Shown here piece by piece: positions 37,791 through 47,912 of a stretch of 64,000 nucleotides of DNA. The notes below the pieces were generated by a model. The model was not told the DNA's origin, ran no database searches, and saw only the letters and a list, made by a program, of their open reading frames with translations. How positions within the stretch are numbered: the stretch's first letter is position 1; the number at the start of each line of letters is the position of its first letter. This stretch comes from Sulfitobacter sp. (GTDB lineage Bacteria; Pseudomonadota; Alphaproteobacteria; Rhodobacterales; Rhodobacteraceae), in contig JAFMGZ010000002.1 in NCBI GenBank assembly GCA_017854855.1, positions 44,768-108,767 on the forward strand, written 5' to 3'. Both the position numbers and the translations under genes were made by a program.

Positions 37791-37850
37791 GTTTACGTGA
37801 TATGCACCTACGTCAATCACCAAAGTGACGTGACGTCCCTGTTACGTAAA
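37791..37850. promoter_or_regulatory. array of five ACGT-core sites upstream of the second MerR gene (candidate MerR operators)
   Basis: GTTTACGTGA…CTACGTCAA…GTGACGTGACGTCC…GTTACGTAAA. ACGT occurs at 37795, 37810, 37828, 37833 and 37844. The array includes the palindromes GACGT-G-ACGTC and TTACGTAA, and a TTNACGT-N11-ACGTNAA arrangement. Confidence 0.4.
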
Positions 37851-37929
37851 CCTGTGGTCCTGTTGTAAATCATCTGTGGTCGACCCAGATCGATCCCGAA
37901 ACAACGGTTTAGCGACGAAAGCTGCGAAG

Positions 37930-38331
37930 ATGACAAGCGAGATGATGACCATTCGCGAAATGTGCGACGCCTTTGATGTGACCCCGCGCACATTGCGTTT
38001 TTACGAAGCCAAGGAGCTGCTGTTCCCCAAGCGTGAAGGGCAAAAGCGCCTGTTCAACAAACGCGACCGGGCGCGTCTGAAACTGATCCTGCGCGGCAAG
38101 CGTTTCGGCTTCAGCCTTGAGGAAATCCGCCAGCTGCTGGACCTGTATCACATGGGCGACCAGCAACAGACCCAGTTCACCCGTGCCTATGAAATCGCCC
38201 AGCGCCGTCTGGCCGATCTTGAGGCCCAGCGCGACGAGATGAACCGCGCCATTGACGATCTCAAGGACCAGTTGAAATGGGGGGAAAAGATGATCTCCTC
38301 GATGAAACAATCGCGCAACGCGGCCGAATAA
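37930..38331 (+). CDS. MerR-family transcriptional regulator (paralog)
   Basis: HTH …IREMCDAFDVTPRTLRFYEAKELL…. About 41 of 65 N-terminal positions are identical to the upstream MerR by eye. Immediately upstream of the acyl-CoA dehydrogenase gene. Confidence 0.85.
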   Translation: MTSEMMTIREMCDAFDVTPRTLRFYEAKELLFPKREGQKRLFNKRDRARLKLILRGKRFGFSLEEIRQLLDLYHMGDQQQTQFTRAYEIAQRRLADLEAQRDEMNRAIDDLKDQLKWGEKMISSMKQSRNAAE

Positions 38332-38379
38332 CGGCCCCGCGCCCCTCAGCAACCGAATTCAAGCTTTAGAGAGAGCCCC

Positions 38380-40161
38380 ATGCCAACATATACCGCCCCC
38401 ACCAAAGACGTTCAGTTCGTGCTTCATGATGTGCTGAAAATCAACGAAGCCAAGATCCCCGGTTACGAGGATCTGGAGCCTGATTTCACCTCTGCCATCC
38501 TCGAGGAAGCCGGCAAGCTGACATCCGAAGTCGTGGCCCCACTCAACGCCGTGGGCGACAAGGAAGGCTGCCGGCTGGAGAACGGTGTGGTCTATACCCC
38601 CACAGGCTTCAAGGAGGCCTTTGACCAGGTCCGCGCCGGCGGCTGGACCGGTCTGGACATGCCAGAACAATACGGCGGCCAGAACATGCCCTATGTAATC
38701 GGCTCTGCGGTGGGTGAATATTTCTCTGCCGCCAATCAGGCCTTTACCATGTATCAGGGCCTGACCCATGGCGCGGCTTCGGCCATCCTTGCCCACGGGA
38801 CCGAGGCGCAAAAAGACACCTATCTGCCCAAGATGGTGTCATGCGACTGGACCGGCACGATGAACCTGACAGAGCCACATTGCGGCACCGACCTGGGCCT
38901 GATGCGCACCAAAGCGGTGCCACAGGGCGACGGCAGCTACAAGATCACCGGCCAGAAGATCTTTATCTCTTCGGGCGAACACGACATGTCCGACAATATC
39001 ATCCACCTGGTGCTGGCCAAGATCGAAGGCGGCCCCGAAGGCATCAAGGGGGTATCACTGTTCATCGTGCCCAAGTTCATGGTCAATGACGACGGCGCGC
39101 TGGGCGAACGTAACAGCGTCGCTGTGGGATCCATCGAAGAGAAAATGGGCATCCACGGCAATTCAACCTGCGTGATGAACTATGACGGTGCCACCGGCTA
39201 TCTGCTGGGCGAAGAACACAAGGGCATGCGCGCCATGTTCACCATGATGAACGAGGCGCGCCTGGGCGTGGGCATGCAGGGTCTGGCACAGGCCGATGTG
39301 GCCTATCAGAACGCATTGAGCTATGCCAAGGACCGCCTGCAGGGCCGTGCCGTCACCGGTGTCGAAGCGCCCGACAAACCCGCGGACCCGCTGATCGTCC
39401 ACCCCGACATCCGCCGCTCATTGATGGATCAGAAAAGCTTTGTCGAAGGTGCGCGGGCCTTTATCCTGTGGGGGGCAACCATGCTGGATGCCGCCCATCG
39501 CGCAGGCGACGCGGATGCCGATGGCATCGTCTCTCTGCTTACCCCGGTGATCAAAGGGTTCCTGACCGATGTGGGCTATGACATGACCGTCAAAGCCCAG
39601 CAGGTCTATGGTGGCCACGGCTATATCGAAGAATGGGGCATGTCCCAATTCACCCGCGATGCCCGGATTGCCATGATCTATGAAGGGGCCAACGGCGTGC
39701 AGGCGCTGGACCTGGTCGGGCGTAAACTGGCGCAGGACGGCGGCAAACATGTGATGGCCTTCTTTGATCTGGTGAAAAACTTTATCAAGGACAACGCAGG
39801 CGCGGATGCAGCCTTTGATGCGGACTTCCTTGAGCCGCTCAAATCCGCCTCCAAGGACCTGCAATCGGCGGGGATGTATTTCATGCAAAACGGCATGAAG
39901 AACCCCAACCACGCCCTGGCTGGCTCCAATGACTTCATGCATATGTTCGGGCATGTCTGCCTTGGCCTGATGTGGGCGCGGATGGGTCTGGCCGCCAAGG
40001 CAGCCCTTGCAGGGGGCACCAGTGACGTGGCGTTCTATGAGACAAAGCTTGCCACGGGCCGCTACTACATGGCGCGTCAATTGCCCGCCACGGCGCTACA
40101 TCTGACCCGCATCCAGTCAGGTGCAGATACTGTCATGGCACTGGACGCGGCAAACTTCTAA
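38380..40161 (+). CDS. long-form acyl-CoA dehydrogenase (593 aa, with extra C-terminal domain)
   Basis: …[18 protein letters not shown]…, …[13 protein letters not shown]…, …[23 protein letters not shown]…. Confidence 0.9.
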   Translation: MPTYTAPTKDVQFVLHDVLKINEAKIPGYEDLEPDFTSAILEEAGKLTSEVVAPLNAVGDKEGCRLENGVVYTPTGFKEAFDQVRAGGWTGLDMPEQYGGQNMPYVIGSAVGEYFSAANQAFTMYQGLTHGAASAILAHGTEAQKDTYLPKMVSCDWTGTMNLTEPHCGTDLGLMRTKAVPQGDGSYKITGQKIFISSGEHDMSDNIIHLVLAKIEGGPEGIKGVSLFIVPKFMVNDDGALGERNSVAVGSIEEKMGIHGNSTCVMNYDGATGYLLGEEHKGMRAMFTMMNEARLGVGMQGLAQADVAYQNALSYAKDRLQGRAVTGVEAPDKPADPLIVHPDIRRSLMDQKSFVEGARAFILWGATMLDAAHRAGDADADGIVSLLTPVIKGFLTDVGYDMTVKAQQVYGGHGYIEEWGMSQFTRDARIAMIYEGANGVQALDLVGRKLAQDGGKHVMAFFDLVKNFIKDNAGADAAFDADFLEPLKSASKDLQSAGMYFMQNGMKNPNHALAGSNDFMHMFGHVCLGLMWARMGLAAKAALAGGTSDVAFYETKLATGRYYMARQLPATALHLTRIQSGADTVMALDAANF

Positions 40162-40168
40162 AACCCAA

Positions 40169-40187
40169 GGTGGGGGACGCCCCCACC
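40169..40187 (+). terminator. hairpin GGTGGGGG-acg-CCCCCACC after the long ACAD gene, no U-tract
   Basis: Perfect 8-bp GC stem 8 nt after the stop. It could be an attenuating or processing structure inside the operon rather than a terminator. Confidence 0.3.
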
Positions 40188-40209
40188 CTACCCCAAGACC
40201 GGAACGACA

Positions 40210-40422
40210 ATGCCCAAACGCTTTCGCCTGACCCGCCGCTTTCCTGTCGCCATGACAGAAGACGGCTATCGCCGCCTCAAGCGGTTCAGCAGTGATGCGG
40301 GACTGGACGAAGGCGAGGCATTGTCGTTCCTGTTCGAAAACTTCTCTTCGGTGATACACGAAGAAAACCTGACCGCACGGCTACGGCTGTTCAATTCCGA
40401 ACTGGACGACCGCAAACGCTGA
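40210..40422 (+). CDS. small hypothetical protein (70 aa), possible ribbon-helix-helix fold
   Basis: ATG ORF between two ACAD genes. The pattern RFPVAMTEDGYRRLKRFSSDAGLDEGEALSFLFENF fits beta-strand/helix/turn/helix of CopG/Arc-type RHH proteins; this is my inference only. The RBS is weak. Confidence 0.45.
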   Translation: MPKRFRLTRRFPVAMTEDGYRRLKRFSSDAGLDEGEALSFLFENFSSVIHEENLTARLRLFNSELDDRKR

Positions 40423-40443
40423 GCCCCTCGAAAGGACCGCCCC

Positions 40444-41601
40444 GTGAAAGATACCACCGCCCCCGCATCCAGCTGGATGACCCAAGAACACCAGATGATC
40501 GCGGATATGACCGCCTCGTTCATCACCACCGAATGGGCCCCCAAATTCGAGAAATGGCGCAAGCAAGGCGAGATGGACCGCGAGACCTGGCAGCAAGCGG
40601 GTGAACTGGGTCTGCTCTGCGCGTCCATCCCCGAAGAATACGGCGGTGCCGGCGGTGATTTCGGCCATGAAGCGGCCATCTACATCGAAGCCGCCCGCGC
40701 CAATCTGGCCAGCTGGGGCAACGGCATCCATTCCGGCATCGTCGCCCATTACATCCTGGCCTACGGCACCGAAGAACAAAAGAAACGCTGGCTGCCCAAA
40801 ATGGTATCCGGTGAAATGGTGGGTGCCCTCGCAATGACCGAACCCTCGGCCGGCTCTGACGTGCAACGGATCAAGACAAAGGCCATCAAAGACGGCAATG
40901 CTTACCGCCTCTCGGGCCAAAAAACCTTCATCACCAATGGCCAACACGCCAACCTGATCGTGGTTGCAGCCAAGACAGACCCCTCTGAAGGGTCAAAAGG
41001 CGTCTCGCTTGTCGTGCTTGAAACCGACGGCGCAGACGGCTTTCTGCGCGGCCGCAACCTGGATAAAATCGGCAAACATGCCTCCGACACCTCTGAACTC
41101 TTCTTCGACAACGTCGAAATTCCACCCGAAAACATCCTGGGCCAGGAAGAAGGCAAAGGCTTCTACCAGATGATGCAGCAACTGCCCCAGGAACGCCTGA
41201 TCATCGCCTGCGAAGCGGTAGGTTCCATGGAAGGTGCCGTGACCCGCACCATCCAATACTGCAAGGAACGCGAAGCTTTCGGCGGGCCCCTCACTCAGTT
41301 CCAGAACACCCGTTTCAAACTGGCCGAATGCAAAACCAAAACCGCCGTGGCACGGGCCTTCCTTGACCAATGTATGGCAGAACACTTGCGCGGCGAACTG
41401 ACAGTAGACCGCGCCGCCATGGCAAAGTACTGGCTGACCGACACCCAGGGCGAGGTACTTGACGACTGCCTGCAATTGCACGGCGGCTACGGATTTATGC
41501 AAGAATATGCCATCGGCGAAATGTGGACCGACGCCCGCGTCCAACGCATCTATGGCGGTACGAATGAAATCATGAAGGAACTGATCGCGCGCAATCTTTG
41601 A
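40444..41601 (+). CDS. acyl-CoA dehydrogenase (medium/short-chain type)
   Basis: …[20 protein letters not shown]…, …[42 protein letters not shown] start with an AAAGGA RBS; the ATG at 40477 is an alternative. Confidence 0.9.
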   Translation: MKDTTAPASSWMTQEHQMIADMTASFITTEWAPKFEKWRKQGEMDRETWQQAGELGLLCASIPEEYGGAGGDFGHEAAIYIEAARANLASWGNGIHSGIVAHYILAYGTEEQKKRWLPKMVSGEMVGALAMTEPSAGSDVQRIKTKAIKDGNAYRLSGQKTFITNGQHANLIVVAAKTDPSEGSKGVSLVVLETDGADGFLRGRNLDKIGKHASDTSELFFDNVEIPPENILGQEEGKGFYQMMQQLPQERLIIACEAVGSMEGAVTRTIQYCKEREAFGGPLTQFQNTRFKLAECKTKTAVARAFLDQCMAEHLRGELTVDRAAMAKYWLTDTQGEVLDDCLQLHGGYGFMQEYAIGEMWTDARVQRIYGGTNEIMKELIARNL

Positions 41602-41621
41602 TCCAGCGCATAGGACAGCGC

Positions 41622-41727
41622 CGGGATGAGTTTAAGGGCAAGATGAAACCGACATCCGCCCGCGCCTACGCCGATGTGATCCAAAACGCGGCCAATTCAG
41701 CTTCATCTTGCCCTTAAACTCATCCCG
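41622..41727. repeat. 26-bp perfect inverted repeat (CGGGATGAGTTTAAGGGCAAGATGAA / TTCATCTTGCCCTTAAACTCATCCCG) separated by a 54-bp spacer
   Basis: Read directly. Left arm 41622-41647, right arm 41702-41727. Located in the 167-bp gap between the second ACAD gene and the GST gene. Confidence 0.85.
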
Positions 41728-41768
41728 AGGCTTGCCTCGTCTGCAACAACAGCAACAGGAAAAAGACC

Positions 41769-42407
41769 ATGACAATCAAACTTTACTGCTTTGGCGAATC
41801 CGGCAATGCCTATAAGGCCGCCCTCGCCTTGCAGCTCTCGGGCCTGGATTGGGAGGCTGTCAAAGTCGATTTCTTTGCTGGTGAAACCCGCACGCCGGAA
41901 TACCGCGCGAATGTGAATGAAATGGGCGAAGTACCTGTGATGACAGACGGTGACATCAAGCTTACTCAATCCGGTGTGATCCAGGATTACGTTTCAGAGA
42001 AGTCCGGCCATTTTGGCGGGCGGAACGCGGCGGAACGGCGGGAAATCCTGCGGTGGGTGCTTTGGGATAATCACAAGCTCAGTTCAATGGCGGGGATGAC
42101 GCGTTTCTTGATGAATTTTCTGCCACAAGACAAACGGCCCCAGGAAGTGATCGGCTTTAACAAGGGCAGATTGCAGGCCGCATATGCTGTTCTGAATGAT
42201 CACCTTGAGGGGCGCGAGTGGATTGTGGGCGATGGTGTGACCAATGCCGATCTCAGCTGCTGTGGCTACCTCTACTATCCTGAACCTTTCGGCTTTGACC
42301 GCAGCGCCTTTCCCAATATCGACGCGTGGCTCACGCGTCTGTCTGACCAACCGGGCTGGAAAGCCCCCTATGATCTGATGCCCGGCAGCCCTGCTGACCG
42401 CGCCTGA
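41769..42407 (+). CDS. glutathione S-transferase
   Basis: N-terminal thioredoxin-like …KLYCFGESGNAYKAALAL…EVPVM…LTQSGVI… and a C-terminal helical domain. AGGAAA RBS. Confidence 0.88.
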   Translation: MTIKLYCFGESGNAYKAALALQLSGLDWEAVKVDFFAGETRTPEYRANVNEMGEVPVMTDGDIKLTQSGVIQDYVSEKSGHFGGRNAAERREILRWVLWDNHKLSSMAGMTRFLMNFLPQDKRPQEVIGFNKGRLQAAYAVLNDHLEGREWIVGDGVTNADLSCCGYLYYPEPFGFDRSAFPNIDAWLTRLSDQPGWKAPYDLMPGSPADRA

Positions 42408-42431
42408 ACCGAAAATATATCGGAGAACACC

Positions 42432-43643
42432 ATGACCGAAGCCTATATCTATGACGCCCTGCGCACACCGCGCGGCAAAGGCCGCAAGGACGGATCCTTG
42501 CATGAAGTCACCGCAGTGCGGCTGAGCGCCTTGACCATGAACGCCCTGAAAGAGCGCAATAACCTGCACGGCCATGCCGTTGAGGATGTGATCTGGGGCA
42601 ATGTCACCCAGGTCATGGAACAGGGTGGCTGTCTTGCGCGCTCTGCCGTGCTGGCCTCTGATCTGGACGAATCCATTCCAGGTCTTGCGATCAACCGTTT
42701 CTGCGCCTCCGGCATGGAAGCGGTGAACCTGGCCGCCAACCAGGTCAAAGGCGGGGCCGGCATGGCCTATATCGCCGGGGGTGTGGAGATGATGGGCCGG
42801 GTGGCCATGGGCAGTGACGGGGCCGCCATTGCCGTGGATCCGACGTTGGCGATGGAGCAATATTTCGTCCCCCAAGGCATTTCGGCCGATATCATTGCGA
42901 CCGAGTATGGCTATACCCGTGATCAGGCCGACCAGCTGGCCGTGATCTCTCAGCAGCGCGCCCAGAAGGCCTGGGATGAGGGGCGGTTCAAGAATTCGGT
43001 GATCAGCGTTCGTGACCAGAACGGTCTGACCATTCTGGACCATGACGAATACATGCGCCCACAGACCGACATGCAGTCATTGGGGGCCCTGAACCCCGCG
43101 TTCCAGCAGATGGGCGAGGTCATGCCCGGCTTTGACAAGGTCGCCATGTTGAAATACCCGCATCTGGAAAAAATCCACCACATTCACCATGCGGGCAATT
43201 CTTCGGGTATTGTTGATGGTGCCGCAGCGGTGCTGATCGGCAACAAGGAATTTGGCGAGAAATACGGTCTCAAGCCACGCGCGCGCATTCGTGCAAATGC
43301 CAAGATCGGCACAGACCCGACCATCATGCTGACCGGTCCGATCCCGGTGACCGAAAAGATCCTTGCCGAAAATGGTATGAACATCAAGGACATCGACCTG
43401 TTTGAGGTGAACGAGGCTTTTGCTTCTGTCGTCTTGCGCTTCATGGATGCCTTTGATGTGGATCACGACAAGGTCAATGTGAACGGCGGCTCTATCGCCA
43501 TGGGCCACCCTCTGGGGGCCACCGGTGCCATGATCATCGGCACGCTGCTGGACGAGTTGGAGCGGGCAGACAAGGAAGTTGGCCTTGCCACGCTGTGCAT
43601 CGCATCCGGCATGGGTGCCGCAACCATAATCGAGCGCATGTAA
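42432..43643 (+). CDS. fadA: acetyl-CoA C-acyltransferase (3-ketoacyl-CoA thiolase)
   Basis: …[11 protein letters not shown]… (active Cys), …[17 protein letters not shown]…, …LCIASGMG…. Confidence 0.92.
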   Translation: MTEAYIYDALRTPRGKGRKDGSLHEVTAVRLSALTMNALKERNNLHGHAVEDVIWGNVTQVMEQGGCLARSAVLASDLDESIPGLAINRFCASGMEAVNLAANQVKGGAGMAYIAGGVEMMGRVAMGSDGAAIAVDPTLAMEQYFVPQGISADIIATEYGYTRDQADQLAVISQQRAQKAWDEGRFKNSVISVRDQNGLTILDHDEYMRPQTDMQSLGALNPAFQQMGEVMPGFDKVAMLKYPHLEKIHHIHHAGNSSGIVDGAAAVLIGNKEFGEKYGLKPRARIRANAKIGTDPTIMLTGPIPVTEKILAENGMNIKDIDLFEVNEAFASVVLRFMDAFDVDHDKVNVNGGSIAMGHPLGATGAMIIGTLLDELERADKEVGLATLCIASGMGAATIIERM

Positions 43644-43957
43644 TGGCCACGCATCCTTTTTACGCCATTGCGGATCTCGCGGCCAAACAGGGCATGGACC
43701 AATTGGTTCTGAAGGTCGCCAACAAGGGCGACTATGTCCGGTTGGTCCAGAATGACCCGCCGCTGTTTTTCAAATATGGACCTGACCCAAGCGACAGTCT
43801 GGACCGCGCCGATCTGAATGATTTCAAGCGCCTGACCCTGAGCGAAGAAGACTGCAGCAACGGGCCAAAGGCCGCCTTGGCCCTGGTCAAGATGCTGCTG
43901 GAAAAATTCGCCGATTACACGCCGCGCGGCACAACAACATCCAAATCGGGGAGATAG
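43643..43957 (+). CDS. small hypothetical protein (104 aa) embedded between thiolase and fadB
   Basis: TAATG overlap with the thiolase stop. Its stop lies 3 nt before the fadB ATG. Composition is like the neighbouring genes. No family recognised. Confidence 0.5.
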   Translation: MATHPFYAIADLAAKQGMDQLVLKVANKGDYVRLVQNDPPLFFKYGPDPSDSLDRADLNDFKRLTLSEEDCSNGPKAALALVKMLLEKFADYTPRGTTTSKSGR

Positions 43958-43960
43958 AAT

Positions 43961-46165
43961 ATGACCGATTTCACAATGCACACCGACGCCGACGGCGTTG
44001 CCATCATCACATGGGACGTGGCAGATAAATCCATGAATGTGATGTCCATCGACGGGCTGGCGGAACTGGACGCCCATATTGATGCAGCCCTGGCCGATGA
44101 GACCGTCAAGGGCATCGTCATCACTTCGGGCAAGGAAGGTTCTTTTGCCGGTGGCATGGACCTGAACCTGCTGGCCAAGATGAAACAGGACGCGGGCGAT
44201 GATCCCGCCAAGGGGCTGTTTGAGGGCACGATGCGCATGCACGGATTGCTGCGCAAGATTGAACGTGCGGGCATGGACCCCAAGACCAACAAGGGCGGCA
44301 AGCCGATTGCCGCAGCCCTGCCCGGCACCGCGGCAGGTATCGGTCTGGAACTGCCACTGGCCACGCATCGCATCTTTTGTGCCGACAATCCCAAGGCGCG
44401 GATCGGCCTGCCGGAAATCCTTGTGGGTATTTTCCCCGGCGCGGGTGGCACGACACGTCTGTCGTTCAAACTGGGTGCCATGGCCGCCTCTACCTTCTTG
44501 CTGGAAGGCAAGATGGTTGCCCCTGCTGCCGCAGCCAAGGCAGGCCTGATCGACGAAGTCGTGGCCGACCCGGTTGCCGCCGCCAAGGAATGGGTACTGA
44601 ACGCCAAGGATGCCGATCTGGTGAAACCATGGGATGCCAAGGGCTATAAGATGCCCGGCGGCGCACCATACCACCCCGCAGGGTTCATGACCTTTGTCGG
44701 GGCCAACGCCATGATCAACGCCAAGACCAAAGGCGCATTTCCCGCCGCCAAGGCGCTGCTCTCTGCGGTCTATGAGGGCGCGCTTGTGCCCTTTGACACA
44801 GCGCTCAAGATCGAGGCGCGTTGGTTCACCTCAATCTTGTTGAACCCGTCCTCTTCGGCGATGATCCGGTCGCTGTTCATCAACAAGGAAGCGCTGGAAA
44901 AAGGCGCTGTGCGTCCCAAGGGCATTCCCGATCAGCGTGTCAGGAAACTGGGCGTTCTGGGTGCAGGCATGATGGGCGCGGGTATCGCGCTGGTCTCTGC
45001 CCAGGCCGGTATCGAAGTGATCCTGATCGACCGCGATCAGGCCGCCGCCGACAAGGGCAAGGCCTATTCCGAAGCCTATATGGACAAGGGGATCGCCCGC
45101 CGCAAAGCCACGCCTGAAAAGAAAGAGGCGCTGCTGAGCCTGATCACCGCCACCCCTGATCTGGATGCGCTCAAAGACTGCGATCTGATCATCGAGGCCG
45201 TGTTTGAGGACCCTGCCGTCAAGGCCGAGATGACCAAGAAGGTCGAAGGGGTGATCCCGCAGGACTGCATCTATGCTTCCAACACCTCGACCTTGCCGAT
45301 CACCGATCTGGCCAAGGCATCCAGCAGGCCCGATCAGTTCATCGGCATCCACTTCTTCTCTCCGGTGGAGCGGATGTTGCTGGTTGAGATCATCAAGGGC
45401 AAACAGACCGGTGACCGCGCGGTGGCCAAGGCGCTTGATTATGTGCGCCAGATCCGCAAGACCCCGATCGTCGTCAATGATGCGCGGTTCTTCTATGCCA
45501 ACCGCTGCATCATTCCCTACGGCGGCGAAGCCAACCGTATGATCACCGAAGGTGTTGCACCTGCCTTGATCGACAACGCCGCGCAGATGCTGGGCTTTCC
45601 TGTTGGACCTGTCCAATTGGGCGATGAGACATCCATTGATCTGGCGACCAAGATCATGCGCGCCACCAAGGCCGCGATGGGCAACGAATACCCCGCCTCA
45701 GAGGCCGACGATCTGATCGTCTGGATGGAAGAAAAGGGACGGCTGGGCCGCAAGGCCAAGGCGGGCTATTTCGACTATGACGAAAAGGGCAAGCGCCTGG
45801 GCTACTGGAAGGGGATCCACGACAAATATCCCCTGGCCGAGGTACAGCCAGACCTGCAAGAGGTGCAGGACCGTTTGATGTTTGTTCAGGTGCTGGAAGC
45901 CGTACGTGCGCTGGAAGAAGGCGTGCTGATGGACATCCGCGAAGGCGATGTCGGCGCGATACTGGGCTGGGGCTTTGCCCCGTGGTCGGGCGGGCCCTTG
46001 TCATGGCTGGACATGATCGGCACACCATACGCGGCAGAACGGTGCGATCAGCTGGAGGCCAAATTCGGTCCCCGCTTCAAATGCCCGGACTTGCTGCGCG
46101 AAATGGCGGCCAAGAACCAGACCTTCTATGGCCGTTTCGCAGGCGAAGCGCAAAACGCCGCCTGA
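43961..46165 (+). CDS. fadB: multifunctional fatty-acid oxidation protein (enoyl-CoA hydratase / 3-hydroxyacyl-CoA dehydrogenase)
   Basis: N-terminal crotonase fold (…FAGGMDLN…). Central Rossmann [13 protein letters not shown]-terminal 3HCDH domains. 734 aa. GGGGAG RBS. Confidence 0.92.
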   Translation: MTDFTMHTDADGVAIITWDVADKSMNVMSIDGLAELDAHIDAALADETVKGIVITSGKEGSFAGGMDLNLLAKMKQDAGDDPAKGLFEGTMRMHGLLRKIERAGMDPKTNKGGKPIAAALPGTAAGIGLELPLATHRIFCADNPKARIGLPEILVGIFPGAGGTTRLSFKLGAMAASTFLLEGKMVAPAAAAKAGLIDEVVADPVAAAKEWVLNAKDADLVKPWDAKGYKMPGGAPYHPAGFMTFVGANAMINAKTKGAFPAAKALLSAVYEGALVPFDTALKIEARWFTSILLNPSSSAMIRSLFINKEALEKGAVRPKGIPDQRVRKLGVLGAGMMGAGIALVSAQAGIEVILIDRDQAAADKGKAYSEAYMDKGIARRKATPEKKEALLSLITATPDLDALKDCDLIIEAVFEDPAVKAEMTKKVEGVIPQDCIYASNTSTLPITDLAKASSRPDQFIGIHFFSPVERMLLVEIIKGKQTGDRAVAKALDYVRQIRKTPIVVNDARFFYANRCIIPYGGEANRMITEGVAPALIDNAAQMLGFPVGPVQLGDETSIDLATKIMRATKAAMGNEYPASEADDLIVWMEEKGRLGRKAKAGYFDYDEKGKRLGYWKGIHDKYPLAEVQPDLQEVQDRLMFVQVLEAVRALEEGVLMDIREGDVGAILGWGFAPWSGGPLSWLDMIGTPYAAERCDQLEAKFGPRFKCPDLLREMAAKNQTFYGRFAGEAQNAA

Positions 46166-46183
46166 CCCATTCACAACACCAAG

Positions 46184-46216
46184 AAAGGGACGCTTCGGCG
46201 TCCCTTTTGTGATTTG
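46184..46216 (+). terminator. rho-independent terminator after fadB
   Basis: AAAGGGACGC-ttcg-GCGTCCCTTT, a perfect 10-bp stem with a TTCG tetraloop, followed by TGTGATTTG. Confidence 0.8.
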
Positions 46217-46375
46217 CCCGTTTTGTTACTTCTCGCGTGATGGTTCATCGCCTGATTGCACCACCACCGGCAGTACACCGCCCCACTCAAACGCAAAAAT
46301 GGCCGTGCTGGCGGCACGACCCGATACGAATGATCCAGCTATATTTTGCGTCTCTTACCCGAACAACATGCTGCC

Positions 46376-47068
46376 TCAGCAAACAGCCGCCATCCGACGG
46401 TCTCTTTCGCCACCAAAACACAAGGCCATGTCCTGCATTTCCATCCAGCCAACCAGATTGGCGGCATCCTCTGCGGACATCAACGTATAGTCCGTCAGCT
46501 CCGCATCCAGAAACCCGTCCAGCGCCAGCGCATTTCTGGGGCAATAGATCAAGGCGCCGCCTTCGGCATAGATCACTTCTTCCTCTTCAAAGCAGAGGGT
46601 GATCAGTTCGATTTCCTGTGCAGGCCCCGCCCGCGTGATGCCGCGAAACCCCTCAAGGCAATGGGCGGGAATGACAGCAAAGGGATCGCCGTAGATATCC
46701 GCGACCATGTCGCTTTCCACCAGAACGCCCTGATCAGGCAGCAATGTGATTTCAGTGCGATTGTCCAGCGCACCAACAGGGACGATCAGCGGGCCATTGC
46801 CGGGGGCCGTATCCGCACCCGACAGAAACAGGGTCTGGCGGCGGAACTCCACGATCTTCTGCATCCCGTTGTCGAATGTCAGCACGCTGTCGCCCACAGC
46901 CAATGCCTCGACGCAGCGCCAGCCCAGATTTGAGGCCACCTTGGTGCCTGACAGCAACCCGTGTGATTGCAGGCCCAGCCCGCCGTTATAGGCACCCGTC
47001 TGCTCTGTCGAAAGCTGTGGCATCCCGCGTGCCGCTGTTTTCCATCTAAACATTTCATTCATCCCCAT
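46376..47068 (-). CDS. Hint (Hedgehog/intein-like) domain-containing protein
   Basis: …LLSGTKVASNLGWRCVEALAVGDSVLTFDNGMQKIVEF…PDQGVLVESDMV…LITLCFEEEEVIYAEG… matches the bacterial Hint_2-type module common in Rhodobacterales. The start is uncertain: ATG at 47068 is preferred, while the track GTG at 47173 adds an AT-rich leader. Confidence 0.65.
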   Translation of the reverse strand: MGMNEMFRWKTAARGMPQLSTEQTGAYNGGLGLQSHGLLSGTKVASNLGWRCVEALAVGDSVLTFDNGMQKIVEFRRQTLFLSGADTAPGNGPLIVPVGALDNRTEITLLPDQGVLVESDMVADIYGDPFAVIPAHCLEGFRGITRAGPAQEIELITLCFEEEEVIYAEGGALIYCPRNALALDGFLDAELTDYTLMSAEDAANLVGWMEMQDMALCFGGERDRRMAAVC

Positions 47069-47264
47069 GGCGGAGCGCCTGAATGCGGCGCAAATCTCTA
47101 ACTTGGTTTGATTTGAAATGATTCCGGTGACCTTCGTAGGTCCACATAACGGCAGCTTTGGGGCATTGGACACGCCCCCGGCACAGTACAGGCCGTTGCG
47201 CGGTATTGTTCAGCGCAACCGCCCTAAAACCCCGACATTAAACAAATAATCATCCGCCCCGGTG

Positions 47265-47912
47265 TCATGAGAACCGGTAGCCGAATCGCTGGATATCCTC
47301 GGCACAGCAGGCGGCCACGATCTGGCGCAGCTCGTCGTCGTAATAGCCGTCATAGGCGGATGCACGCGCGGATCGGTTCTCAAATGGCAGGCTCAGCTCA
47401 AACCCCAGGTGGGCAAAAAACGGGGCGGCATCCTGGGCAAAATGCTCAAGCCGGATGTAGCAGCTGCAACGCTCTGCCCCGGTCACATCGCGCATGTACC
47501 GCGATGCAGGCCAGGCCCGAAGCGCGGTTTGCGTGGCCGGATCACGCAAGAATGTATCAAAATCCACGCCCTTGGCCAGCACAACGGCCGGATGATCAAA
47601 GCTTTGATCCCTCAGCCAGTGATAATAGCTGACCGCCCGGTCCCAGGGGTTGCGCACCAGCGTCACGGTGAACATCTGCGCGATCTCCTGCGGCGTGACC
47701 AGCCCGTCAATATCGGCCAGGGTCGAATGTTTCCATAACCGCCCCGCCGTCGAGACATCCCGCACCCGGTGCCGCCGGTTGCGCGCCTTGGGGGTGTCGC
47801 CCAGCATGATATCGTCTTTCTTGGCCCGGCCCTCCAATGCCAGGGCAAGCGAGGTGCCGCCTGTCTTGGGGATATGCACAAAGATATAGGACCGGCCGCG
47901 ACTGATGATCAT
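47265..47912 (-). CDS. sulfotransferase-family protein
   Basis: YIFVHIPKTGGTSL (PAPS 5'-phosphosulfate-binding-loop-like) and …VRNPWDRAVSYY… are typical of Sulfotransfer_2-type enzymes. ATGA overlap with the upstream DMT gene. Confidence 0.75.
   Translation of the reverse strand: MIISRGRSYIFVHIPKTGGTSLALALEGRAKKDDIMLGDTPKARNRRHRVRDVSTAGRLWKHSTLADIDGLVTPQEIAQMFTVTLVRNPWDRAVSYYHWLRDQSFDHPAVVLAKGVDFDTFLRDPATQTALRAWPASRYMRDVTGAERCSCYIRLEHFAQDAAPFFAHLGFELSLPFENRSARASAYDGYYDDELRQIVAACCAEDIQRFGYRFS

Noticed and set aside
37595-37828. 77-aa ORF in the spacer between the two MerR genes
   Set aside because: It has Pro/Arg/Leu-rich shadow-like composition, no RBS, and overlaps the putative operator array. 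I treat the spacer as regulatory or non-coding.
41643-41717. 24-codon micro-ORF (MKPTSARAYADVIQNAANSASSCP) spanning the loop of the 26-bp inverted repeat
   Set aside because: The start and stop codons are generated by the palindromic arms themselves, and the RBS spacing is poor. There is no independent support, so it is more likely a by-product of the repeat.
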